Below, in pieces: positions 7,999-15,986 of a DNA stretch of 64,000 bases. Each line of letters starts with the position of its first letter. Positions within the stretch are counted from its first letter, which is position 1. The notes under the pieces were generated by a model. That model saw only the letters and a program-made list of their open reading frames with translations. It searched no databases and was not told the origin of the DNA. The translations under genes were made by a program, and so were the position numbers. The stretch is from the IMG/VR virus record IMGVR_UViG_3300043411_000921, positions 177,400 to 241,399 of that record. One strand, 5' to 3'.

Positions 7999-9168
7999 AT
8001 GAAGTTGAAATACCAAAATCAGACAGTAGACATCGTTCTAGGAATGGCCTTCGGTGATGAAGGAAAGGGAAAAGTGGTTGACTATCTTGCTGAGAATTAT
8101 GACTATGTTGTTCGGTTCAATGGAGGGAACAACGCTGGGCACAGTTTGAAGGTTGGCAACTTCAAGACTTCCGTTCATGCACTTCCTTCCGGGGTTTTGC
8201 ATCCACACGTTTTCAACGTGATTGGGAACGGCTGTGTTGTGAACCCAAACCAATTGGCAGATGAGATTCAAAAGATTGGGGCTGGGAGTTTGCAAGGGAG
8301 AGTTTTTGTTTCAGATGCTGCTCATGTGATCACACCTCAGAATATTGAGGAAGATTGCAAAGGTGGAAGCAAAGAGAGGATTGGAACAACGGGAAGAGGG
8401 ATTGGTCCGACTTATGCAGCAAAGATGAATAGAACGGGACTGAGAATGGGAGACCTTCTCAAAGGGGAAGGGAGAGAACTCTTTTCCCAAGATGTTCTGG
8501 ATGTTGTTCTTCCTTTGATCACAAACACCACGAAGCTGCTAAGAACAGCTTGTGATTCTGATGCGAGGATTTTGTTGGAAGGAGCACAAGGTTGTGCTTT
8601 GGATATTGACCACGGGACTTATCCATACGTCACCAGCAGCAATTGTTCCGTTGCTGGAGCACTTTCTGGCACTGGGCTTTCTCACAAAAACATTCGACGT
8701 GTGATTGGAGTTACCAAAGCTTATTCAACAAGAGTTGGAGAAGGTCCATTCCTTTCTGAAATTTTTGGGGAAGAAGCAGAAAGACTTCGTGCTGCTGGAA
8801 ATGAGTACGGAACAACCACTGGAAGACCTCGTAGAGTTGGTTGGTTGGATGCCAAACAACTTCGTGAAGCTTGTCAAATGAATGGTGTTGATCAACTCGT
8901 TGTAACCAAACTTGATGTGCTTTCAGGATTGCCTTATGTTGAAATTGATCACGGTGGGCCAAAGGAAACGAAATCGGGGGCACTCGTTTTCAAAATGAAA
9001 AACCCACAATATTCTAGCTGGGTTTCTATCCCTGAAACCACAACGAAATACTCTGACCTTCCCAAAGAAGCACAGAACTTTGTTGATATCATTGAAAGTG
9101 CAGCATCAGTTCCAGTAACACACGTCTCCATCTCTCCAGATAGATCTGGAACTCTTCCCAGACCATGA
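7999..9168 (+). CDS. purA: adenylosuccinate synthetase
   Basis: GDEGKGK, GGNNAGH, IGTTGRGIGPTY, EGAQG..LDIDHGTYPYVTSS, GTTTGRPRRVGWLD, TKLDVL. Confidence 0.97.
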   Translation: MKLKYQNQTVDIVLGMAFGDEGKGKVVDYLAENYDYVVRFNGGNNAGHSLKVGNFKTSVHALPSGVLHPHVFNVIGNGCVVNPNQLADEIQKIGAGSLQGRVFVSDAAHVITPQNIEEDCKGGSKERIGTTGRGIGPTYAAKMNRTGLRMGDLLKGEGRELFSQDVLDVVLPLITNTTKLLRTACDSDARILLEGAQGCALDIDHGTYPYVTSSNCSVAGALSGTGLSHKNIRRVIGVTKAYSTRVGEGPFLSEIFGEEAERLRAAGNEYGTTTGRPRRVGWLDAKQLREACQMNGVDQLVVTKLDVLSGLPYVEIDHGGPKETKSGALVFKMKNPQYSSWVSIPETTTKYSDLPKEAQNFVDIIESAASVPVTHVSISPDRSGTLPRP

Positions 9169-9542
9169 CAACAACTGAAGATTGGTCATTCAAACCAGGA
9201 GACATTTTCATTATCCCCGCTTCGCATTCATCTGATTGGCAGAATCTATACGACAACATTGGTCGGTACTCTGGCAGCAAATACTTGCAGTTGACCTATC
9301 CTGCTGAGACTCGTCAACAGCCAATCCTTTCCGAAATTGAGATTGATGAACTTTGTTTCTTCTTCAACACCAGAACCCTTGGTCCGAATGGGAAAATCGT
9401 CTTTCTAGGCTTCTCACAGAAAAACCCAGAGACAATGGGTTTGTTCATCAACTCAGAAGGAGCAGTGATTGAAATTGAATTGCTGTTTTTCGAGGAAGAT
9501 GTTGTTGGATATCTCCAGAAAATAGAAGTGGAAAGTGATTAA
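9165..9542 (+). CDS. paralog family protein 1
   Basis: FKPGDIF ... KIVFLGFS..P.T.GLFINSEG..EIEL shared with neighbours. Confidence 0.75.
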   Translation: MTTTEDWSFKPGDIFIIPASHSSDWQNLYDNIGRYSGSKYLQLTYPAETRQQPILSEIEIDELCFFFNTRTLGPNGKIVFLGFSQKNPETMGLFINSEGAVIEIELLFFEEDVVGYLQKIEVESD

Positions 9543-9876
9543 GCCCGGAGATGTTTTCGTTGAGATCATCGGCAAACGCATACGAAAGTCGCAAAGAAAA
9601 CTGAGAGTTTCTTGGTCTGTCGAAATGAGAGACGATATGAGGGCATTCTATAACGTCATCGGACCAGTGATTCCCATTAATTTCCTTCACCCAGAAGGTT
9701 GTGAAAACAACAAAGTCGTTTTCTTGGGATTTAGTAAAACCAGACCCAAGACAACTGGCATGTTCATCAACTCTGAAGGTTCAATTGAGGAAATTGACTT
9801 AGAGTTCTTTGTTGAAGAGATCGTTGGCAAATTCATAACAAAGCTGGAAACAGAGGATAATGAAGATGTTGAATGA
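9535..9876 (+). CDS. paralog family protein 2
   Basis: IKPGDVF ... KVVFLGFS..P.T.GMFINSEG..EIDL. Confidence 0.75.
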   Translation: MIKPGDVFVEIIGKRIRKSQRKLRVSWSVEMRDDMRAFYNVIGPVIPINFLHPEGCENNKVVFLGFSKTRPKTTGMFINSEGSIEEIDLEFFVEEIVGKFITKLETEDNEDVE

Positions 9877-10222
9877 AAGCGAAGAATCGTTTCTTGGTGT
9901 TTTTGAATTGAATCCGCAAAGAAAGTTTGGTTTGGAAATTGGTGCGGCGGTCATGGTTGCGGTCATGGTTGTTGCTGACCAAGATGTTGTTGGAACAAGT
10001 CCAGAAGGATTTCCTCTTGTTTTGAGAAATCTACAAAGCGTTCAAATTCCAAGTCGGCTGATTGATTTTGTTCTTGGTTCTCCGATCACGGCCATCACAA
10101 AACATCCAACATACTACATTTGCATCAACAAAACTGGCGATACAATCGCCATTGAAAAACATCTTTGGGAAACCACGGTCAAACAGAAGTTGCAACGAGT
10201 GGCAGAAACAACGAGCGTATAG
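9860..10222 (+). CDS. hypothetical protein (possible distant family member)
   Basis: ICINKTGDTIAIE weakly echoes the family motif. Confidence 0.6.
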   Translation: MKMLNESEESFLGVFELNPQRKFGLEIGAAVMVAVMVVADQDVVGTSPEGFPLVLRNLQSVQIPSRLIDFVLGSPITAITKHPTYYICINKTGDTIAIEKHLWETTVKQKLQRVAETTSV

Positions 10223-10231
10223 AAAGAAAAA

Positions 10232-10567
10232 ATGGAAAACGAATACAATCTCACCCCTGGAAAAGTCTTTTCAGTCGAACCAAACATTTCAAAAAATCTA
10301 TTCAAAGCCTTTCATAAACCGGGAACGATGTCATGTGCCATCATGGCACATGCTCAATTGTCGCCACCTGGATTTGCTGAGAATCTTGTGAAAACTGGGA
10401 AGCTGTTGGGTGGAGCTGATGCGATTACCTTCCTTGGTTTTGTGGATGATTCATTCGAGAAAGGTTTGTTTGAAAATTCTCGTGGAGAAAGGGCAGAAGT
10501 TTTCTTGGGACCAGAGATTGACCCACACCTCGAACTTGTTTTAACGGACAAGGCAGAAACTCCTTGA
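10232..10567 (+). CDS. paralog family protein 3
   Basis: LTPGKVF ... ITFLGFV...GLFENSRG..EVFL. Confidence 0.7.
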   Translation: MENEYNLTPGKVFSVEPNISKNLFKAFHKPGTMSCAIMAHAQLSPPGFAENLVKTGKLLGGADAITFLGFVDDSFEKGLFENSRGERAEVFLGPEIDPHLELVLTDKAETP

Positions 10568-10592
10568 CCGGATCGTGGGAGTGTGGTAGAGT
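10564..10592 (+). promoter_or_regulatory. sigma70-type promoter, probably leaderless
   Basis: TTGACC-N17-TAGAGT with TG extension; ATG 6 nt downstream. Confidence 0.7.
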
Positions 10593-10598
10593 CCACAC

Positions 10599-10823
10599 AT
10601 GCCAGAGAAGATTCTAGGAACAGTAGTCTTCAACAAGGATTTTGACATCTACAAACAAGGTGACACGGTACAAATCACGAAGGCGATGTATTCTCCCTTT
10701 GGAGAGATGTACTTCAAAATCTCTGGGACAATCTGCTGGGTAAGCACCAAAGAAGTTACGAACATCGACGTTGTAGCCGCACGTCGTTGCCAGTACATCA
10801 ACATCTACAAAGACGCGGCTTAG
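10599..10823 (+). CDS. hypothetical protein
   Basis: 74-aa ORF directly after the promoter. Confidence 0.65.
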   Translation: MPEKILGTVVFNKDFDIYKQGDTVQITKAMYSPFGEMYFKISGTICWVSTKEVTNIDVVAARRCQYINIYKDAA

Positions 10824-10848
10824 TTCTCAAAGAAAGGTTTATTTCAAC

Positions 10849-11520
10849 ATGGAAAAGGTTATTCTTAAGTCGATTCTTGATCCTGAGTCCAAGCAGTATT
10901 GTGTCAAGGATGGCACTGCTGTTTCTCTGGAGTTTCATTCTCCCTTCAATGTTCTGGATGGTGATTACATTGTTACAGAATCCAAAGCCGGTCGTGGTCG
11001 TGGAGGCAGCCGCCTCCTCAAGATCACTTCTGTTTCTGATCCTGCAATGGTGATTGACACTCTCCAGGTGGAAGGTGAGCCCAAGGCACTCGGTACCCCG
11101 ACCAGTGAGTATTTCAAGTGTGTTGTTGTTGATGGCACTCGCTATGAGGGTGAGAACATTCAGACTCCTGCACCTTCACCCTTTCATCGTGAGCCAACTG
11201 GTTTTTTCCAGCGTTCAGATCAGCGTGTGAAGGCGGAAGCTCGTGTTGCTGGTGCCACTGTAACCAAGAGCCAACTTGCTACCAACGCTCTCCAGAAGAT
11301 TCTTTCTGAGAATCCGAATGCTCATATTCTTCTGGGCACGCACAGCAACAACAAGGCTCATCCCCTGAATGGAGAGTGGGTTGTCGAGAGTTCAACGGTA
11401 GAAGGCAATGCGATGGTGCTGAACCTCCGAGGACTCAACAACGCCAACCTCACCGCTGAGTTCGATGTCCAGCGAGACATTGGCCTGATTGATCGAATCG
11501 ACACCATTCGCTATTCGTAA
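10849..11520 (+). CDS. hypothetical protein
   Basis: 223-aa ORF with AAAGG RBS. Confidence 0.75.
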   Translation: MEKVILKSILDPESKQYCVKDGTAVSLEFHSPFNVLDGDYIVTESKAGRGRGGSRLLKITSVSDPAMVIDTLQVEGEPKALGTPTSEYFKCVVVDGTRYEGENIQTPAPSPFHREPTGFFQRSDQRVKAEARVAGATVTKSQLATNALQKILSENPNAHILLGTHSNNKAHPLNGEWVVESSTVEGNAMVLNLRGLNNANLTAEFDVQRDIGLIDRIDTIRYS

Positions 11521-11541
11521 TCCAGCCGCCTCATAATCCAC

Positions 11542-12210
11542 TCACCTAAACAAATCCTTCATCTTTTGCTTCAATGCCGAGGATGAAGGATTTTCCTTTT
11601 GTCCCACTTTCTCTTCCTTCTCAACAACAGCGGGAACATTCCACAGGGCATGTCTCACAAAATCTGCATCTAACTCTTCCAGGGTTATTTTTGGCTTGGT
11701 TGAAGCTGGCTGAATTGGCAGTGGGGCAATAACATCCAAAGCCATCTCAAGTTCTGGGTCGGCAGCAGCCAAATCTTGTTGGTTTGATTCGGAGGCGTTA
11801 TACGCCTCATTAGCGCCTTCCTTTTTCTCAACGTCCTCTGACCCGTCCAAACTTTTCTCGGGCTCTAATGAGGCTCCTGGAGCGATCTTGGTGGTCTTGA
11901 TAAAGGGAGTTATCAGTTGGGATGGAAGGATCAGTTCCATCTTGATGAGATATGACAAGTTGGGAGAGAAGATGCAGAGTTGATCTGGGAGAGTGAAGAA
12001 AAACTCAGAGAAGTTTTCTGGATTTAGGAATGCTGGGATAAGAACACCAAATCCAGCCTGATCAGAGATGCTCACACGACAAACAATCAGTTCTTTTTCT
12101 TCTTCTGGGAGAGAAAGAAGGAGAGAAGAAATCGTGTTTGGGATTGGGAATTGATATTCCTTGTCTGGTTCGATCAAAACCAAGTCAGGATCTGCTGGAG
12201 TGTTGGGCAT
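11542..12210 (-). CDS. hypothetical protein
   Basis: 222-aa ORF. Confidence 0.7.
   Translation of the reverse strand: MPNTPADPDLVLIEPDKEYQFPIPNTISSLLLSLPEEEKELIVCRVSISDQAGFGVLIPAFLNPENFSEFFFTLPDQLCIFSPNLSYLIKMELILPSQLITPFIKTTKIAPGASLEPEKSLDGSEDVEKKEGANEAYNASESNQQDLAAADPELEMALDVIAPLPIQPASTKPKITLEELDADFVRHALWNVPAVVEKEEKVGQKENPSSSALKQKMKDLFR
11788..11891 (+). repeat. family A element, copy 3
   Basis: TATACGCCTCAT at 11799; TCCTGGAGCGATCTT at 11875 (offset 76). Confidence 0.85.
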
Positions 12211-12216
12211 GTGATC

Positions 12217-12945
12217 TTATCCTTTGAGGAGGGTTCTGCCTTGTGGCTGGAACCTTCTATCATCAGTAAGAACGTTTCGTTGCTGTTGTTGTTGATGGTG
12301 GAACTGTTGTTGACCTTGGATGTTGATTGCTTCTCTTTGAACGAGCAACGTACCAATCCCAGACATTGGAGTTGAATGAATTTCAACAAGATTTGTTAGC
12401 AACCTTGGATTTTGTTGAATCTCCTGGATGTTCACTTGTGTTTGGTTAGGAGGAATGACATAAGCTTGGATTTGATTCCTTGCAACAAAAGGTTGAGAAG
12501 CCAACCCTCTATCAACAACACCAGCAACCCTCGCCAAAACAAAGGTGTTTCCAAACGCTTGTTGGATTCCTCTGTAAACAGGATAACCCTCCTTCAAAGA
12601 AACCGTTTGTTGCTGTTGGACTGGCTGATATTGTTGTTGTTGGTATTGAGGTTGTTGGGAAGCCCTGTTGTGAAGCATCCGGTCAATATCAATTTCTGTG
12701 ACAGTGCTTGGGTCTGGGACTCCTCCAGCTCTGGCAAGTAATGCTTGTTGCCTGGAAAAACCATCCAGATCAAAGTTTGAAACTGTCTTATCCAGAGGAA
12801 GAGGAGAAAAGTGTGGAGCTTGTTGTGTTTTGGCAACAAGATCTCGAATGAATGGATCTTTGATGGAAGAAGGGTCTTGAGGGGGTGGAGGCGGAACTCT
12901 GCGGTTGTTGTGTCTGTTCATAGCAGCTATGCTATGAAATATCAA
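12217..12945 (-). CDS. Gln/Pro-rich hypothetical protein
   Basis: 242 aa with polyQ tracts. Confidence 0.7.
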   Translation of the reverse strand: MIFHSIAAMNRHNNRRVPPPPPQDPSSIKDPFIRDLVAKTQQAPHFSPLPLDKTVSNFDLDGFSRQQALLARAGGVPDPSTVTEIDIDRMLHNRASQQPQYQQQQYQPVQQQQTVSLKEGYPVYRGIQQAFGNTFVLARVAGVVDRGLASQPFVARNQIQAYVIPPNQTQVNIQEIQQNPRLLTNLVEIHSTPMSGIGTLLVQREAINIQGQQQFHHQQQQQRNVLTDDRRFQPQGRTLLKG

Positions 12946-13238
12946 GCAAGTTTGATAAATCTGCGTCTGATCAAGACCTGCTCCAGCAGCCTTTCAGAAG
13001 AAGCAGGAGCATCAAACTGGAGTCTTGCAAGTGAAGCATCAATGTCTTCTTTGATCACTCTAACATCAGGAAGAACGGAGCGAAGTTCTTGCTGGAGAGC
13101 AATGAAGTCTCTATGGATGTCTTCTCTGCGAGCGTGACTTGGGTAATGCTTCTCAAAGAGATTCCCAGGTTTTTGTTGCTTTCTCTCTGATGGATCTGGA
13201 TGGAATTCAGACTGAAGTGGTTTCAGGTGTGATCTCAT
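12942..13238 (-). CDS. hypothetical protein
   Basis: ATGA-coupled ORF. Confidence 0.6.
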   Translation of the reverse strand: MRSHLKPLQSEFHPDPSERKQQKPGNLFEKHYPSHARREDIHRDFIALQQELRSVLPDVRVIKEDIDASLARLQFDAPASSERLLEQVLIRRRFIKLA

Positions 13239-13588
13239 TTGTTTTTCTTGCTTTCTCCGATAAGAGTTCTCAGCTTCATAACATTTCCAATCGTGTTTCT
13301 TGTGGTTCTGAGATAACCAATCAAAGTCAACACGAGCCGCTTCCTTTCTGAAGCAGCTTGGTTGTGAAGGAAGTTCTCAGTCAAAAGACTTTCCCCTTCA
13401 TCAGCAAGCTCATCTGCTGTTGCAAAGGTTTCATCAAGAAAGGTTTGAACCTTTTTGACAAATGCACTGAGTTTCTTGTCGCCGTCTTGAGCACCAGTCA
13501 ACAGAAACTCATCTGCATCCATTGCTTCAAGAAGGATTTTTTTCACCACAGCTTTTGTGAGTGGATTGGGTGTTGATTTATCGGTCAT
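13235..13588 (-). CDS. hypothetical protein with KKILLE leader motif
   Basis: ATGA-coupled ORF. Confidence 0.65.
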   Translation of the reverse strand: MTDKSTPNPLTKAVVKKILLEAMDADEFLLTGAQDGDKKLSAFVKKVQTFLDETFATADELADEGESLLTENFLHNQAASERKRLVLTLIGYLRTTRNTIGNVMKLRTLIGESKKNK

Positions 13589-13911
13589 GGCCGTAAATAT
13601 GGCCCGCGAACAACCATTGGATTATCCTCTGGCAACACCTTCCAATACTTCCTCTCCAAAGGAGGTTCTTCTCCCTTCTTGAAGAACATAAGCTTTCTTC
13701 CTGTTGGGGTTGTGCTGGAATAGACACCAATGATTGTTATGTCGCCAGAGTGAACAAGGTTGTGACAAGTCGCACAAAGAACAGCAAGGTTATTGCTGTG
13801 ATTCGTTGAACGACTATCGCATCTGGGGATTATGTGGTGGAGATGAAGGGCCGCTGGAATGTCATAAAGACAAACCTCACAGAATAACTTCTTTGGCTTT
13901 TTGGATGCCAT
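13585..13911 (-). CDS. HNH endonuclease
   Basis: CEVC ... HHII ... NLAVLCATCHNLVH. Confidence 0.85.
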   Translation of the reverse strand: MASKKPKKLFCEVCLYDIPAALHLHHIIPRCDSRSTNHSNNLAVLCATCHNLVHSGDITIIGVYSSTTPTGRKLMFFKKGEEPPLERKYWKVLPEDNPMVVRGPYLRP

Positions 13912-14016
13912 TTAATCGTCACAGGAGGTATTTTGCGTGACAGGCATTGAGTGTGTTGAGGTGAAGGTCCAACACCTTTTTCAGAGGCGTCTGATAACCT
14001 CCTGCGAGGTTCCAGA
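13911..14016 (+). repeat. family A element, copy 4 (3' end of the HDAC gene)
   Basis: CAGGAGGTATTTTGCGTGACAG at 13922; GATAACC-TCCTGC at 14000 (offset 78). Confidence 0.5.
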
Positions 14017-14788
14017 CGATGGGAAGAAAGAGCTTGTTGGCAACCTCAAAAACAATCTCATCGCGTCGTTTCATCTGTTCTGTGGTGAGATATCCTCCAT
14101 AAGGATCTTCAACATGAGGATCCGCACCAGCTTGATAAAACAACACATCACAAGTTGCAAATTGTTCTGCAAGGTCAACAGCAAGACCATCCAGCCAACG
14201 ATCAAAGTTCCGCCGCTTTCCAGCTCGCTCATCCTCATTGATCATCTGACCAAAAGTCAAGTGTTCAACGATCTCTCTTCCATTCGAGAACTTGTCAAGA
14301 ATATCATCCGTTCCATTCCCGTAATGACAATCAAAATCAATGATCCCAACGCGCTTCACCTTCTGCTGCTTCCACAACAGAAAAGCTGAAACCGCCAAAC
14401 CATTGAAAGTACAGAAGCCTTCACACTCCTTGAATCCAGCATGATGAAATCCACTTGTTGGACTGAAGGCTGCTGATTGATTTTCAACAGCGTACAAAGC
14501 AGCATTGTAAAAGCTTCCCTGGGTGTAAGGAAGACTTGCTGCTAGTTCGGGAGAATAATTCCCAAATCCATTCGCAATTTGCAAATCAAGAATACCATCT
14601 ACAAAGCTAGAATTGTGAGCAACTTTGATTTGTGGACGAGTGAGTGGCTCCCAATCCTGCTTCAACTCAATCAGTCCTGTTGGCTGGAAATATTCCACCA
14701 CTTCCTTCGGTTTGCGTGCAGAAGGGCTGAAAGAGTGCATGTTTGTAACGGTTTGTTCCGGCTTGTAAAATGTTGCTAGTTTTTTCAT
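13919..14788 (-). CDS. histone deacetylase family (Zn-dependent amidohydrolase, AcuC/APAH-like)
   Basis: GFHHA, GFCTFN, DFDCHYGNGT, YQAGADPH, AGGY. Confidence 0.92.
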   Translation of the reverse strand: MKKLATFYKPEQTVTNMHSFSPSARKPKEVVEYFQPTGLIELKQDWEPLTRPQIKVAHNSSFVDGILDLQIANGFGNYSPELAASLPYTQGSFYNAALYAVENQSAAFSPTSGFHHAGFKECEGFCTFNGLAVSAFLLWKQQKVKRVGIIDFDCHYGNGTDDILDKFSNGREIVEHLTFGQMINEDERAGKRRNFDRWLDGLAVDLAEQFATCDVLFYQAGADPHVEDPYGGYLTTEQMKRRDEIVFEVANKLFLPIVWNLAGGYQTPLKKVLDLHLNTLNACHAKYLL

Positions 14789-14791
14789 TTC

Positions 14792-15067
14792 TCACCACCA
14801 ATAAAGAACCGAAATGCACTCATCTTCATCAAAACCGCTTTCTGTGAAAACTTTCTTGAAGGCATTTAATGCCTCTTCAGCCTTTTCATCTCCCTCGCAG
14901 TCGTCATAGCATTCAACAAGAACGAAATTGACCAGAGAACCGTTGCTGGTCAAGTCTTTCGTGAAAGTGTCTTTGAACCATTCAACGTATTTTCTTCCAT
15001 TGGGAAGTTCCATCATAACCTTTTTTAGTTCTTGCCAATCAACATATTGGTATTTCGTCAGAGCCAT
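14792..15067 (-). CDS. hypothetical protein (start MALTKYQ)
   Basis: ATG at 15067 with AAAGG RBS downstream of a minus-strand sigma70 promoter. Confidence 0.65.
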   Translation of the reverse strand: MALTKYQYVDWQELKKVMMELPNGRKYVEWFKDTFTKDLTSNGSLVNFVLVECYDDCEGDEKAEEALNAFKKVFTESGFDEDECISVLYWW

Positions 15068-15087
15068 TAGTTTGCCTTTCTTGATAC

Positions 15088-15153
15088 AGACTACCACGGG
15101 CAACCGGCGTTTGTCAAGAATATCTTGACCTTTTCCTCATGGTGCCATAGGGT
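15088..15153. promoter_or_regulatory. back-to-back sigma70-type promoters
   Basis: Minus strand TTGACA(15117-15112)-N18-TAGTCT; plus strand TTGACC(15125)-N17-TAGGGT, ATG 6 nt later. Confidence 0.7.
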
Positions 15154-15159
15154 GTTGAT

Positions 15160-15405
15160 ATGGAACAGCAACGACGTTTTGCATTGGATGAGTCTGGAGA
15201 GAATGATGAAGTCTTGGCGGTTGTTGTCACAGAAGATTGGATTCGTGACAACTATTGGCCTTTCTGGTACGAAAAGATGGTTGAAAAACTTGGGAAGGAA
15301 AAGGCGGACACCTGCACCTTCCAAGATTGCTTGGATGATTGGGTTGTCGGACAGTGGGCTTGGGTTCTAGGAGAAGATGGAGAGTGGAAAGCTTACGGAG
15401 AATAG
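15160..15405 (+). CDS. hypothetical Trp-rich protein
   Basis: 81-aa ORF directly after the promoter. Confidence 0.65.
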   Translation: MEQQRRFALDESGENDEVLAVVVTEDWIRDNYWPFWYEKMVEKLGKEKADTCTFQDCLDDWVVGQWAWVLGEDGEWKAYGE

Positions 15406-15441
15406 AGGAAAACTCGGCGTGCTGTTTGTCTGTTTGTCGTG

Positions 15442-15933
15442 TTAAAATTGCATCACAATGTTATCCGCACGGATCGTCAAGGTGATATCCGCGGTTGCAG
15501 TGCCATCATCCATTGACAAATCTCCGAAAGCGGCTGTTGTCACGAATGCACCCTTGACATCCCAGAGTTGGACGACTGTTCCCACGGGATCCAACATCTT
15601 GATTTGGATGTCGCGTTTATAGAAGTCTGGATAACCCGCACGCCCAGAAACAGACTCGTAGCAAAGACGAATCCATTCCATGACTTGTTGAGCACCCGAA
15701 GGAGCAATCGCGTCATACAGCGTAACAGAAAGAGTTCCAAAGGTTGTCTTTCCGGCAATGTAACGTGTGGAGTTGATCCAGTTGAGTGCAACTTCTTCTG
15801 TTGAGACTTCTGGTCTTGCTGCGGTTTTGATAAGGAAGGCATCAATGCCTTCGATAGCAAACACGAAGCTTCTTTTCATCAGCGGAGTAAACTTCGCTGG
15901 GAGCATTTCTGAAACTGAGAGAGTTTGAGCCAT
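15442..15933 (-). CDS. tail tube protein (T4 gp19-like)
   Basis: IKTAARP, GKTTFGTLSVTLYD, VMEW, YKRDI...LDPVG...W..KGAF; follows the sheath genes. Confidence 0.9.
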   Translation of the reverse strand: MAQTLSVSEMLPAKFTPLMKRSFVFAIEGIDAFLIKTAARPEVSTEEVALNWINSTRYIAGKTTFGTLSVTLYDAIAPSGAQQVMEWIRLCYESVSGRAGYPDFYKRDIQIKMLDPVGTVVQLWDVKGAFVTTAAFGDLSMDDGTATADITLTIRADNIVMQF

Positions 15934-15986
15934 GATGTTGTTTCTTCTTTCCTCTATTTTCCGTAACTAGCTGTTTTTCTCAGGAT

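Noticed and set aside
7999-9168. PurZ / 2-aminoadenine (Z-genome) pathway
   Set aside because: The protein keeps the PurA catalytic Asp in GDEGKGK (PurZ has Ser there) and no datZ/mazZ-like neighbours are visible.
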